From: Octopus vulgaris
Taxonomy: Eukaryota
Assembly: GCA_951406725.2 (NCBI GenBank)
Contig: OX597819.1
Span: forward strand, 109,988,001 to 110,052,000
Reading direction: 5' to 3'
DNA length: 64,000 bases
Every line of letters begins with the position of its first letter. Position 1 is the first letter of the stretch. A program made the translations under genes and the position numbers. The notes below the pieces were generated by a model. The model saw only the letters and a program-made list of their open reading frames with translations. It was not told the origin of the DNA and did no database searches. Shown here one piece after another: positions 39,990-53,289 of the stretch.

Positions 39990-42900
39990 ATGGCTATTCA
40001 CATTGGTTGTTTAAATGTTCATGGCCTGTTGTCAAGCTGGAAGCAAGGACGCTTTCTGAATGACATCAGGTCGAGAAATTTGGATGTAATTGTTGCAACG
40101 GAAACCCGGGTGAAGGGGCCAAGAGATCTGCTCCCCCTCCTGAACGGCTACGAGAAATACGTTTCTCCGAGTCGGGCGGGAGGTGGGGGTGGGGTGTTGG
40201 TCCTACTAAAAAGAAACCGGGTAGCCGAGAAAAAGTTGTTTTTTCTGACCCAGAAGGCAGGCTGGTCGTTCTCGACTTGGCATTCAGTTGTGGCAAGACA
40301 ATCAGGCTGGTCGCTATTTACGCACCAAACATTATTGGCCCGCAAACTGAATATTTTCGTGGCCTAGGAAAGTTCCTAGCCACGTCGCATTCACTAGTAG
40401 TGTTAGGAGACTCTAATACAATATGTGCAGCACACACAGATTGTGTGGGCTCAAACTCGAACATGAACAGAAAATGTAACCCAGGCTTTCGGGATCTGCT
40501 AAGTCAATTTCAGCTAGCAGATCCAGTGGACGTGGTCAAATAGTGACGGGTCTACCAGAACATATCTAGATAGGATTTTAATTAGAGAAAAAGATAAGTC
40601 CATAGTTGAGTGTCCACAGTTTTTTCTAGTCAGCTACAGTGACCACAAGATGGTTACCTGTAAACTGACGGTAGATAAGTTGCATAGACAGGGATCTGGC
40701 TACTGGAAACTCAATACGTCCCTTTTGGCGATTGAGGAGTACAGAAAGCGGATCAAGATGTTAATACAGAGGGCATTAACAGGTACCATCATTAATAACA
40801 AATGGTGGTACGCCCTAAAAAGAGCCATCAAATATGAGTCTATTAGGTTTAGCATAAGTTTAGCTAAGAAGGGACGTAAAATAGGAGATGGTCTAGTTAA
40901 GGAACTAGAAGAAGCCTGGAGGACTGGTAATACAGACCAAGCGAGGGTGAAAAGACTGGAGTTAAACCAGCATCTTGAAGCCGACCACATGGGGAGTATT
41001 ACCAGAGCTAAGTTACGTGCAATGGGAAGTGAAGGAATCAAAGCCGCTGGATGGGCCCGAGTGGTGGAAGCTCGACAAGGAAATAGTTCCTCTATTCGGT
41101 CTTTGACGAATCAAAATGGTGTCTTGATAAACGAACCCGAGAAAATGTGTGAGGTCTTTCGGGAGTACTTCGCCCAGCTGTTCGGGGGTGACGGCGGTCC
41201 TGGTGGTGGGAGAGCCCTCGAGGACTTTCTTACCGGGCTGCCGTGCCTCTCGGGGTCGGATGCGGAGTCTTGCGAAGGGCCAATCACACCTGAGGAGGTG
41301 ATGGAGGCTTTGGCCGATTGTAAAGCGGGTAAGTCACCGGGACTTGATGGTCTTCCGTACGAGCTGTATAAATGTATGCCAGACTTGTTCGGGCAACTAC
41401 TGACTGACGTGTACGCGAACTGGAAACAGAATGGGTTTATCCCCAGATCTGTGCGCCGGGGAGTAGTGACGTTGGTCAGAAAGGACCCGGACAAGGGGGA
41501 CGTTCTAGAGAATTTCAGGCCCATCACTCTGTTAAACGCAGAAGTGAAGATTTTGGCCAAGGTTCTAGCAAAAAGGTTGGCGCGTGTCGCGAATGGTATA
41601 GTCGGGGAGGCACAGACATGTGCCATCCCAGGCAGAACCATTCAGGATACCCTCCATCTTATTCGCTATACCATAGAGAGGTTTGGTAATAAATCTGGCA
41701 AAGGTGGGGCATTGGTGCATTTGGACCAGTCTAAAGCTTTTGATAGGGTTGACCATCGATACCTAGCGACTGTACGTGCGCGGTTTGGCCTGGGCCTTGG
41801 CTTCCTCAGGTGGTTTATCGCTTTGTACCACAACATTGACTCGATAGTTCGGGTGAACGGTTTCCTTTCGAAGCCGTTCTGCATCAGACGCTCGGTTCGT
41901 CAAGGATGTCCGCTTTCACCACTTTTGTATGTGATGGCTCTCGAGCCATTACTGCAAAGGTTGAGTGGCATCCCGAGAGAACCAGGACTAGAGGAGTTTG
42001 TTACGGCTTTCGCGGATGATATCACTATCAGTGTAAGCACAGTGGCACGCCTACGTGAAGCAGGTAAGACTATTGAGGCTTACGAGGAGGTAGCAGGAGT
42101 AAAGATTAACCGGGAAAAGTCGGTCGGCTTGCAGCTCGGCACCTGGGTTGGCAAGTCGATGCCTTCAGACAGTGCTGTTAGGCGCTGGACGGAGGGACCG
42201 GTTAAGTTGCTGGGAGTCTTGTTTGGACCAGGCCTCCAGATAGAGAAGAACTGGACGGAGGTATTGAGCAGGGTGGCTGCAGTAGTCAAGACCTGATCTT
42301 GGCGGTGGCTATCCCTGAAAGGGAGGGCGGAAGTGGCCAATGTGTTTATCGCATCGGTCATTACCGACCGCCTGACCGTCGTGCCCTGTCCGGATTCGTG
42401 GTTGATCAGGTTGGAGAGACAGCTCTTTCGCTTTTTGTGGAAGGGCAGGTCGCCACTTGTGAAACGCTCTGTCTGCTGTCAAAAGCCTTTAAATGGAGGT
42501 TTAGGGATGCCTTGGTTAATGATGCGCAGACATGCGTTGAGGTTGAGGCACCTCTGGATTCTCCTGGATAGTGAACGGGTGTGGTCTCCGCTGGCCAGAC
42601 AAATGTTCCCTGAGTTCAAGAGTTTTTGCGAACTGGAAGCCTGGTGTTCTCGTAGACCGAGGTCGAGTGAGTGGCATAAAGAGTGCTGTTCCGGCGCTCG
42701 GGCAACGCCAGCGGTGGAGGTTCCACACGGATTTTATATAGTGGGTTGGTAGAGTCTGAATGCGACGATGGCCTGGGGTCGACTCGGATTTATTCAACTG
42801 GACAGCTTGTTTCATCGTACATTCGGGTTGAGAACGTTGGTCAACTTCCAAAAGTCCTTAACCTGGCAATGCTACAGAGGTGCCTTGCCCGTTTGGGATA

Positions 42901-43336
42901 AGCTCGCAAGACATGGTAAACGTCAGTCGCCGACCTGTCCAAGATGCGGGGGGACAGGGAAACCGTCCCTCACGCTATTGTTCAGTGTCCGGAGATAACT
43001 GAAATGTGGGCTTATGCTGAACATCTGTTGTCCGGCGAAGGAAGAGTACGGCTGTCGACTGAGTCAATTATAAAAATTGACCCACCGGGAGTTCTAACGA
43101 ACGAAGGTAAGAATTGTTTTCTCACGGTTGTAGCAATAGCAAAAGAGGCTGTATGGAAGACTAGGATAAAAGGAATTAAGACAGGCAACTTTATCTCTGG
43201 TGACAATTTACGATCCTTTTTTTCTTTTCATTTGAAAAGGAAACTGTGGCTGGAGAAGGGGTGTCTGTCAGAGTGTACGTTCCAAAAGAGATGGAAGTAT
43301 GTTGTACGAGTGTTGTGTGTGCAAGGAACCGTGTGA
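39990..43336 (+). pseudogene. Tx1 ORF2 (APE endonuclease + RT + CCHC), several lesions
   Basis: EN motifs LNVHG, TET, LGDSN, YLDR, SDH. RT motifs KSPGLDG, FRPITLLN, DQSKAFDRV, RQGCPLSP, FADD. CPRC...HAIVQC. Premature TGA at 42294-42296 plus frameshifts. Confidence 0.92.
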
Positions 43337-43583
43337 ATAGACGAGGAAAAAAAAAAAAGGAAAAATAAAAAGGTATCAGCGGTAGATCGGGGCTTGTGGG
43401 ATCGGAGCGTAACTTGATCATCGCTTCATTTGTATTGTCTTTGTACTGTGTATTCCATTCCGATTTTTATGTATTGTATTTTATTTTTGATGTCACATTT
43501 ATGTAAAATCATATCGATTCACTGATCCCATCAGTTGTACTGTCCATATCTATGTTTGGCCCCCGGTGGGCAATAAAGAAATT

Positions 43584-43766
43584 CGTATTTCGTCTGCCGT
43601 TATGTTCCGAGTTCAAATTCCGCCGAGGTCGACTTTGCCTTTCATCCTTTCGGGGTCGATAAATTAAGTACCAGTTACGCACTTGGGTCGATGTAATCGG
43701 CTTAATCCGTTTGTCTGTCCTTCTTAGTCCCCTCTGTGTTTAGCCCCTTGTGGGTAGTAAAGAAAT
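43584..43766 (+). mobile_element. 3' half of the family-A SINE split by the Tx1 LINE (5' part at 38268-38298)
   Basis: The two parts join into the family consensus CGGGCGAAATGCGTAGCCGTATTTCGTCTGCCGTTA... Confidence 0.9.
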
Positions 43767-45065
43767 ATATATAGCAGCGTAGAAAACATTTTCCGTGTTC
43801 GGCAGGATGGTAGAATCGTTAGCATGCCGGAAAAAATGCTTAGCGGCTTTTCGTCCGTATTCACATTCTGAGTTCAAATTCCATCGTAATCGACTTCGCT
43901 TTTGATCCCTTTCCAGGGTCAAATAAGTACTAGCTGAGTACTCGGCTCGATGTAATCGCCTTGCCCCCACTCCCCAAATTGCTGGCCTTGTGTAAAAAAA
44001 TGAAACTAATATTCCATGTCGCAATTTTGCCGCGGTTATGTTTACTTTCCTTCTTCTTGTTTTCATAAAATGAAGTACCACGGCTGAGTCATGAAGCAGA
44101 TGTTTCCGGGTTCGACTCCCACTCGCAAAACATAAGACATCTTTCCAGATTCTATCATTATATGAGCATCACTACATGTGCTATAATGGTATATAGGGCA
44201 CAATAACGCAATCTATGCAGCTGTAAAAAGGGTACCACATAAAGTATAAACCATAGGGTTATCAACTGGAGTAACACCGGTACCTAGTACCCTCAGTAGA
44301 GTTTTCTCTGTTAGCAAGGAGTGTCTTCATCCTGGCTCCCGCACTAAGCCATAAGTAATCAACCAATTCGATGTCGATATGAGGGTAGTAGATTCGTAGA
44401 GTCGCATACATAGACACCTTCCTTGACCCCTCAACCTCGACTCCCTTTTTATGATGAGCTGAACGTCCTAACGAATAGGCTAAGTTGTTTCCCACCCATG
44501 GGATATTGGTGTTGATTGTCTTTTCTTTCCTCACTCTCCCTTCTGTCTCTGAGAATTGCCTCTCACCAGCAAGATCTTGTAGAGAAAATAAAATGCTCAA
44601 AGGAAGGTAACAGATAAACACTTCTGAAGATACCTGTGAAAATTTCGTAATGGGCGCAGTGTGCATTGTACTTATCAAAAATATCACCGGTGATCGTTCG
44701 TTAGCTTGATGGTGTTAGACGGAAAGGAATTGTAAAATATTTATTTTATCGATCTTGGAAGAATAAAAATCTAAATTAACTTCAGCGAATTTTGCCAGAA
44801 GAAGTAAGTTAGCAACATTTTAGAAACAAGGGTTTTAAGGTTAAGAGGTTCGTCAATATCATCATCCCCATTACTTGACTGGTATTGTATTTTGTCGTCC
44901 GAAGAAGGATAGAAGTGAAAGTTGACCGCGGTGGGATCTGAACGCAGAACGTGAACTAACAAAACAAAAATAAAATGATTATTTCTAACAGAGAACAACC
45001 AGACATATGGAGAGAGGAAGGAGGCGGGGTCAGCTGATTATATCGAGCTAATTTGATTGGTACTT

Positions 45066-45435
45066 AAGGCGGGGAGCTGGCAGAACCGTTAACGAAATGT
45101 GTAGCTGTATTTCGCCTGCCGTTACGCTCTGAGTTCAAATTCCGCCGAGGTCGACTTTGCCTTTCATCCTTTCGGGGTCGATTAAACAAGTACCAGTTAC
45201 GCACTGGGGTCGATGTAATCAACTTAATCCGTTTGTCTGTCCTTGTTTATCCCCTCAGTGTTTAACTCCTTGTGCGTAGTAAAGAAATAAACATTTCGAC
45301 GGACTTTACGTTTTGAATTCGACTTTACCTTTCGGGGTAGATAATATAAGTACTCGTTGAATACTAGAGTCGGTGTAATCGATTAGACCCCCTCCTCCAA
45401 AATTTCAGGCCTTGTGCTTATAGCAGAAAACGTCG
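45066..45435 (+). mobile_element. Nested family-A SINE pair, itself inserted in an opposite-strand SINE
   Basis: TSD TTTGATTGGTACTT at 45052-45065 and 45436-45449; internal restart after ...GTAAAGAAATAAA at CATTTCG. Confidence 0.8.
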
Positions 45436-45920
45436 TTTGATTGGTACTTTATTTATCGATCTTGAAGTAATGAAAGGCAAAGTTAATCCCTTCGGGATTT
45501 GAACTCAGAATGTAAAATGCCAAAAACAATTAATACAACAAAAAACCTTGTTTAGCAACTTAGTTTTGCTCTTTTATTATTCTGTTTTGTTTCAGTTTTT
45601 TTCCTTTATTCATTCGTTATAAATTTGTGTAAAGACTGATTCCTTCCAATCTCAAGTAAACAATGTATTCCATTACACTGATAAACTTCTTCTGCTGTTG
45701 TAGGTACTCTATTGTTTTTTCTGAACCTTCTAAGTCATAAAATACAGAACAGAGTATCCGTCCCACTGCTGAGGGTGTTATTTTGTTTCCTATGTGTCTA
45801 CAAACTCTGTAGAGAACAAGGAAAATATAATTAGTATAGATTACATGGTAAACGTAGAAGAGAGGAATATAATAATGAAACATTACATTTTTGAATTTTC
45901 ACATTGCTTGTTTAAATAGG

Positions 45921-46253
45921 GTAAAGACCCCCTTCGGTCATGAATGACTATGGGATTGCACCTAGAAAGTTATCCTCCTAGACACAAGTCCGGGCAAGGT
46001 TGTTTATGGAAGACCAGCAGTCGCCCATGCATACCAGCCTCCCTCTCCACGCCACCAGTGTTATCCAAGGGAAAGACAAAGGTCGATACAGCTTGGCACC
46101 TGTGACGTCACAACTCATTTCTACAGCTGAGTTAACTGGAGCAACGTGAAATGAAGTGCCTTGCTCAAGAACACAACACGCAGCCCGGTCCGGGATTCGA
46201 GCTCACAACCTCACGATCGTAAGCTCGACGCTCTAACCACTGAGCCATGCGCC
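45921..46253 (-). mobile_element. Family-C SINE
   Basis: Near-identical to 20764-21093. Confidence 0.85.
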
Positions 46254-46599
46254 TTCTGTTTACTGTGTTGTTTATAGGTCCGAACGTGCTTTTAGCATAT
46301 TCGAACTGGTATAAATAATGAAACAGTGCAGTCTAATGAAACAAGCGATCTGTTTCGGTAATTAATGAAAACAGAACGTTCGCAAAGTGGAGTAAAATGA
46401 GTTTGTTGTTGTGGAGAGAAGATTAATGTTTCCTCCGAAACAACCTTTCCCGGACTTGTGTCTCGGAGGGTAACTTTATAGGTGCAATCCCATGGTCATT
46501 CATGACCAAAAGGGGTCTTTACCCTTAAAAAAAGCAGATGGTGAAATAAACGTCAGAGATGCTTTCCCCACGTAGAAACCGCAGAAGCTACTCACATGT

Positions 46600-46870
46600 T
46601 TTGGAAGCTCTTCTAAATCTATTGCAATACTGGAAACCCCTTTGTATCGCCAGAAGGTATCTCAGGGTCACAAGCGTTTCGCCCTTTATCCTGTACGCTT
46701 TGTCTGAGTGGGGCAGCAAGGACTGAACTAGCGTTCGCCTATGGAAGACTTCCACTTGCTATATCCTATCAACCATAACCACCATGAACTTGTTTCAGCT
46801 GCCACGACTACCTCCTTGATGGCTTTCCCCAGTCGTCTGGGTTCCTGACTTATCTTCTGCAGGAAATAGC
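46600..46870 (-). mobile_element. Possible HERO/NeSL-type RLE LINE 3' remnant
   Basis: Minus frame RRLGKAIKEVVVAAETSSWWLWL resembles the recalled AAE-x-S-x-WLW C-terminus of HERO-like elements. Confidence 0.45.
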
Positions 46871-46884
46871 TCATCTTTACTGCA

Positions 46885-47410
46885 ACTGTTGTCACAAACG
46901 TTTATATTCAGTAGTAGTTTTGCCCAAATCGTTTATATTTACCGCATTTTAACGTGTATAAGGAAGCCCCAAATTTTGGGGGCTAAAAGTTTGGAAAAAC
47001 GGTTTTGTAAGAGATTATAATACTATCCATGTATAAGAAGCATATTTTTAAAAGCTAAATTTTGACAAAAAGGGTTCCTTATACACATTAAGGTATAAAA
47101 AAAAGGTTCTTTATACACGTTAAATAGTGTGGCCAGAGACATATTTTCGAGCAGAGTTATTAGAAATATTTATATTTACTAGTATTACTACTAGAAATGT
47201 TTATATCGATTAGCAGTGTTGCCAGGAACGTTTATATTTACTAATAGTGCAGTTGAAAACGATTATATTTACTAATAGTGTAGCCACAAATGTTTCTGTG
47301 TATTAACTGTATTGCCATAGATGTTTATATGTACAAATGATGCTGCCAGAAATGCTTATATTTATAAGCAGTTCAACGGAAATATCTATGTTTTCTAGAA
47401 GTGATGTCTA
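46885..47410. repeat. Degenerate ~31-bp minisatellite interrupted by a MITE (about 46942-47130)
   Basis: Unit approximately GCCAGAAATGTTTATATTTACTAATAGTGTT. MITE ends TTTAACGTGTATAAG and CTTATACACGTTAAA. Confidence 0.65.
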
Positions 47411-48257
47411 AAGTGCTAGGTTTCCTATCTCACGGCAAAATAATTTATTCCAGCTTGGCAACATTTAGGAATAGGTTAGGGAGCTTTCAGGTTAAGAATT
47501 TGTTATAAGTTTTATGGTTGTCGTTGTTGCTATTGTTGTTGTTGTTGTGGTGGTGGTGATGGTGGTGGTCGAGTAACACAGTTGAACCTTGATTAAAGAT
47601 ACTTATGATCAAATTCATTCTACCTACGACCATCACGTTTTAAGGGTATATAGTATTATGTTATCCCAGCGTGTCATTTCTTGTTTAAATGGTGCAGTGT
47701 GAAGAATATTAAGGCGATAAAGTGTAATTTAAGAGAGATTTAGCTGCTACTTCTAGCATATTGAGCAGTCGTGGTGAGGCTTGCTTACTGAAGCAGTCCC
47801 TACACTGCGACCATGCAGCCTTAATTTCATCATAGTATGTTTAATGTGAGACTAGTGTATATAGTACAACATTTCATAATTTAACATGGCAAGGAGTGAT
47901 TTAGAATGGTGACTAGGTAGAGGCTCTCTATTTTTTTCCATCAGAAATCTCTTTCTTTCATTAGTAACTGGGAGAAGTGGAACAGATTGCTTACTTAACG
48001 AAATGATCCAAAAGACAGAATAACACACGACGTTCTTCCATAGGTAATTGGAAAATCAATGACCTGAGGGCTATCTCTTTTCTAGTTTCATTGTATATAT
48101 CTGTAATAATAATAATAATATGATAATAATAACAACAACAACAACAACAACAACAACAATAATAATAATAATATTGATTTCAAATTTTGGCACGAAGCCA
48201 GCAATTTTACTGAAAATTGAAGACATTACAATTACACCAAAATTTGAAATCAATACT

Positions 48258-48310
<53 letters not shown>

Positions 48311-48332
48311 AATAATAATGATAATAATAATA

Positions 48333-48780
48333 GTAAGGGTGAGAATGTTACCATCGTATGAGATTTTGGGATACATACAAACAGGCAAATAGATGCTAAC
48401 AGATCAGACATCGTCATCAAAGACCTAAAGTAAAAAACATGGCTGCTAATTGACATGACAGCATCTACGGATAGAAACATCTCAACAAAGGAATTTGAAA
48501 AACTGTCGAAAGATAAGGACCTTGACATTGAGATATCTATGGCGTGACAATTAAAAATCAAAACCATCCCTGTTGTTGTAGGTGCCATGGGAAAGATCGA
48601 AAACGGTACTGAAAAGTTTTTCGACTAGATCCCTGGCACACCAACAATCAATGAGACTCAGAAAATTGTGTCGACATTAACCACCCACATTCTCAGGAAG
48701 TTCCTCTACATTTAATATATACATTCCTGAGGTCTCTGGTGTCCGTCAAAAGATAAAATAAAATGCAATTCAACCGGAAA
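48333..48780 (+). mobile_element. R4/Dong LINE 3' fragment after (AAT)n
   Basis: ANRSDIVIKD, LIDM, KEFEKLSKDKDL and IPVVVGAMG. Confidence 0.8.
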
Positions 48781-48799
48781 ATGATGATAATAATAATAA

Positions 48800-49225
48800 C
48801 CTTTCTACTAACGGCACAAGGCCTGAATTTTGGGAGAGGGGACTAGTCGACCACATCGATGCTAGTACTCAACTGGTACTTAGTTTATCGACTCCAAAAG
48901 GATAAAAGGCAAAGTCGACCTCGGTGGAATTTGAACTCTCAAACGTAAAAACAGACGAAATGCCACAAAGCATTTTGCCCTGCTCGCCGCCTTAACAATA
49001 ATAATAATAATCCTTTCTATTAAAAGCACAAGACCTGAAATTTGGTGGGAGGGGACTAGTCGATTACTTCGACCTCAGTGTTTCACTGCTACTTTATTTA
49101 TTGACCCCGAAAGGATGAAAGGCAAAGTCGACCTCGTCGGCTATTCAACTCAAAAAGTAAAGACGGACGAATTGTCGCTAAGCATTTTGCCCGGCGTGCT
49201 AACGATTCTGCCAACTCGCCGACTT
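48800..49225 (-). mobile_element. Two tandem family-A SINEs with the alternative tail
   Basis: Core AAAGGCAAAGTCGACCTCG occurs twice, separated by AAT repeats. Confidence 0.8.
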
Positions 49226-50699
49226 AATAGTAATCAATGATGAATTCTTTTACTGGTTTCAAGGACCACGACATCAGGGAAAGAAGACAAAGGCCAAAAT
49301 CTAAAAGAAAAAATATTAGTAGGGAATTTATATTAGTCAAAAGCGGGGAAATAAACTCAACAACAAAGACAGCAAATGATAAATAGCAATAACACAACAG
49401 AGCAATATAATAAAACAAAGATTCCACTAAATGGAATGAATTCCCCACAAGATTACATATACAAAGCAAGGTACCTGCATGAGTTCTTGGTGTCAGCTTA
49501 CAGATCCATTGTTAATGAGGGGCCCATTTATCCATGCTTATTTTTGTTACTGTCATCCATAAACTACACAGGGGGTTAGCACTTCTCTCTCTTTACTCAC
49601 CCATTCCTCCTAAATGATATCGTAAAAATTGATATGACCTTAACCGGGGAGAAAAAAGCTTTGTCATAAACCTTTCAACAGTATCAACGATGCAATTTCC
49701 TTTGTCATAGCAATCAGAGAGCGGTAGACAACTCGCTCTTTCTTGCTAAAAAAGACGATTGGTCCATCTTTCTAAGAGATCGACTGAAAGCCGAATCCGT
49801 TTCAGATAATCTGATAAACGGTACTCAACCTAAACAAAAACAGTCATTGAACGAATGAGTACCGACGGCATTTACGTTAACCTGCGCTCATTTTAAACAG
49901 ATTCGAACAACCAAATCCATTCCAGCCGTTAGAGCAGAGCCACCTGAATGAATTATGTCTGTAACAAATGGCAACAGAAAATTCTTCACGTGACGTTTTC
50001 TTTAATGTTTTTTGCATGTTTTCAGCGTTCTAAACATGACGGTAAAATTATTTTCATTCTTTTCATAATAGCATCAATATTTTATCAGTTATATCGAAAC
50101 AATTTTTTTCTGTCGTGTAACATTGTGTTGAAATTACACTAATTTCAAGGTTCTGCTTCTGTGTAGAACTTTCCAGAATAAAAAAAAAATGGTAGACTTC
50201 ATTGATGCTAAAATATTCATACAGACAATAAACCGCATAACAATAGACTACTATTGATAGAACTGTTCGAGGAAACGCAAGAAAATATGTTTGCATATTT
50301 ATAAAACTCATGAAGACATTTTTTTTTTTTGTTCTAGTATATAAGAGCAGTATTTTACAAATATTCAAGTAAGCTATTTTTTTGAAAATTGTATGAGTTG
50401 TACAAGAAGAAAATTTATAAAGAATCACGAAGTCTTTCAATATTTAGCTTGCATCACATTTATTTCCTTTGACTACAATGCATTCATTTTAATATTTGAT
50501 GTTTCAAATAATATAATGATAGCTTCAAGACACTGCAAACTACCATCTCATTGCTTCTGTTGTGTGTTGACATTTCACTGGCTTAAAGCAAGTCAAATGT
50601 GTTGTTTCACAAAGTACCATATATGGTGTCGATTATGAAGAGTTTTTCGGCAATCCCATTCGAGACCGAGACAAACCAGGGTCCATTATGTCATCTGTG

Positions 50700-51770
50700 G
50701 TAGTTACAAATCTACATTAGCGGGATGGATAATTGGGAAATGCATACCGTTTGATATTCCGAGAAGCTGGCGAGAACCGACAGACCATCGAAACGACTGC
50801 AATTTTTGTATGTTGGACGTGTCTAATTATAAAGGATCATAAGGGAGGACAAAGTGTTCTATCCAATCATCCCATATTCAGTTGCATTAGTGCCACATGG
50901 CAAACAGCTGCCCCGTTCCAGCTTCTCCAGCTTTAGAACGAACATTTAAATGAAATTGTCATTGAAATGTTGGGTCATGAAAATTCTCATATCTCCTTGT
51001 TCTTCGAATCATACAAATAGTAGCTTGGACTGCATGTTCATGTTGCTAGATTTTCTGAGTTAGATCCTATTCTTTTCACTGAGGATCCGGCTGAGTTGAC
51101 GGCTCGTGTTGGTCGACCGCATTCCACATCGTCACGGCAGATGAGGAGGTATCTTGTGGAGGCGGGGACTGACTGGGATTCTGTTCGATACGTTTCCCAG
51201 GAGGATCTGGGAATATACCTACAAGGGTAAATGCAGTAACTCATTGCAATTGTGCATGCTCCCATACCTGACCCGACCATGTTCTTGTCTCTTCTACGTC
51301 TCCCTGCCACGACTTGTTTCCATGGTCTCTTCTCGTGTTGGTAGATTGTTGAAATCTCTGGAGGAGAGACGTCACAGATGGAAAGAGTAACAGTATGACC
51401 GTATTGGTCTGTTTTGTTTGTGTGTTTTTTACGTTGTGTTGTTCGTCCACTATTTTGAGAGGAATGGCGTTGGAAGGATGGTAGTACTGTCACGAACGTG
51501 CTTCTGGTTGAAGATTTTTTCGAGGTATCCAAAGCATCTTGTAGTACTTTATGTCCATGACTATGACATCTCCCTCTAGGACATCGGTAACCACTTCCTA
51601 CCAGATGTTCAATTCAGATTGCATATCCAACACACCTTTCTTTACACCTTCCAAAGTATATCGAAATGAGAGTCAATGTCTCATGTTTGTACATCACCGT
51701 GAGGCGAATTTCAACTCTATTTTGTCCCAGAAATTGAAAACAGAGGGTTACCCACTTGCAAACAAATGTG
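50700..51770 (-). mobile_element. Highly degenerate LINE remnant (possibly RTE-type)
   Basis: Coding-like composition with decayed F-x-YL and GRP motifs; weak. Confidence 0.35.
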
Positions 51771-51789
51771 GTAACATATAACAATATTG

Positions 51790-52149
51790 ACCAAGGTTAC
51801 CGTGGTCTTTTTCGTAGGCTTTTCTTCTCACGGATAAACCTTACTTGCTTCCCCTTTACACCATACATCATAACACTGTGATACACGATCCCTATTGATC
51901 GTTTTTTTCCTCTTCCCCTTTTTTCTTCTTTTTTTCATTTCTCTTTTCTTTTGTTCCTTTTCCTTTTCTTCTTTTTTTTATTTTTAAAAAATGTTTTGTT
52001 CTTTTTTTCCCTTTTACGATCCCTTTTAATCGAAAACCTACGCCACCTTTTTTTTTATTTTCTTTTGTTTTTTGTCATCTCCCAAAAGAAAAGCTCTACC
52101 TTGTAACTTGTCCCATCTGTGTGCAGCCCTGTGTGGCCAATAAAGAAAC
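51790..52149 (+). mobile_element. Probable 3' UTR of a second Tx1-like family
   Basis: T-rich body ending TGTCCCATCTGTGTGCAGCCCTGTGTGGCCAATAAAGAAAC, homologous to the LINE tail at 43541-43583. Confidence 0.6.
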
Positions 52150-52150
<1 letters not shown>

Positions 52151-52231
<81 letters not shown>

Positions 52232-52251
52232 GTCTGTCTGTCTGTCTGTCC

Positions 52252-52299
<48 letters not shown>

Positions 52300-52331
52300 A
52301 TCTATCTATCTATCTGTCTGTCTGTCTGTCC

Positions 52332-52417
<86 letters not shown>

Positions 52418-52421
52418 CTAT
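52151..52421. repeat. (TATC)n/(TGTC)n microsatellite
   Basis: Read directly. Confidence 0.95.
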
Positions 52422-52698
52422 GTAAACAACTCACCGCCATACACCACATTACAATATTAACTACACAACAAAACAATCACCAGCCATCACCCCATCCTAT
52501 CAACAGTACACCAGTCCCAGTACTGCTACAACCTTTTGATCAGCCGATATCATATAAATATAGAGATAAGCTACATCAATAACCGCAGTCTGAAGAACTG
52601 AGAGCGACTGAGTTACTTCGATTTGTCTAGTTACCCGAAAAAATATTTTACTCTATATTGAGTATTGAGATCTATTTTATTTCGCAGTATGCATACAC

Positions 52699-52788
<90 letters not shown>

Positions 52789-53092
52789 CTCACACACATT
52801 ACGTGATGAACTGATCGATCAGATTACTGGATGTTTATATCGCCGGTCACAATACGGTTTGCGTCGTTTTAGATTTCGAATGATACCACGCCCTTGGCTA
52901 GGCGAGCATTCCACACATACACACACAAGCGGGCACGCACAAACATACGCACAAACACACACACACACATACATACACAAATACATACAAAATATGTAGA
53001 TTATGTGCATATAATACGATGTATATAATATATGATATATAATTTCAATATGTGAAACATGTAGAACACAAGCATACGTCGCACATACTCAC

Positions 53093-53205
<113 letters not shown>

Positions 53206-53289
53206 AATTCTTTTTTCGCCTTTTCAATCCTAGCCAGTCTCGTGGGCCCGGTTTCCCGGTTTCTATGGCGTATGTGTTTCCCCCAGCTG

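Larger units (their letters stand above)
38299..43583 (+). mobile_element. Near-full-length Tx1/L1-clade LINE, disabled, inserted in a SINE
   Basis: 14-bp TSD CGTATTTCGTCTGC at 38285-38298 and 43584-43597; two ORFs; 3' end AATAAAGAAATT. Confidence 0.92.

Noticed and set aside
40650-42296. 548-aa ORF as an intact reverse-transcriptase gene
   Set aside because: It is the middle of a disrupted LINE ORF2, with frameshifts upstream and a premature TGA.
44262-44687. 141-aa minus-strand ORF with a plausible splice acceptor near 44575
   Set aside because: Weak donor, no partner exons and no recognisable domain. The YLWL ending suggests a decayed RLE-LINE terminus. Unresolved without a search.
46596-46860. 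Apparent minus-strand exon (cctgcag...gtgagt)
   Set aside because: In-frame stop in the best frame; the peptide resembles a LINE C-terminus.
46885-47410. CRISPR-like periodicity
   Set aside because: Contiguous degenerate units without unique spacers, no cas genes, eukaryotic context.
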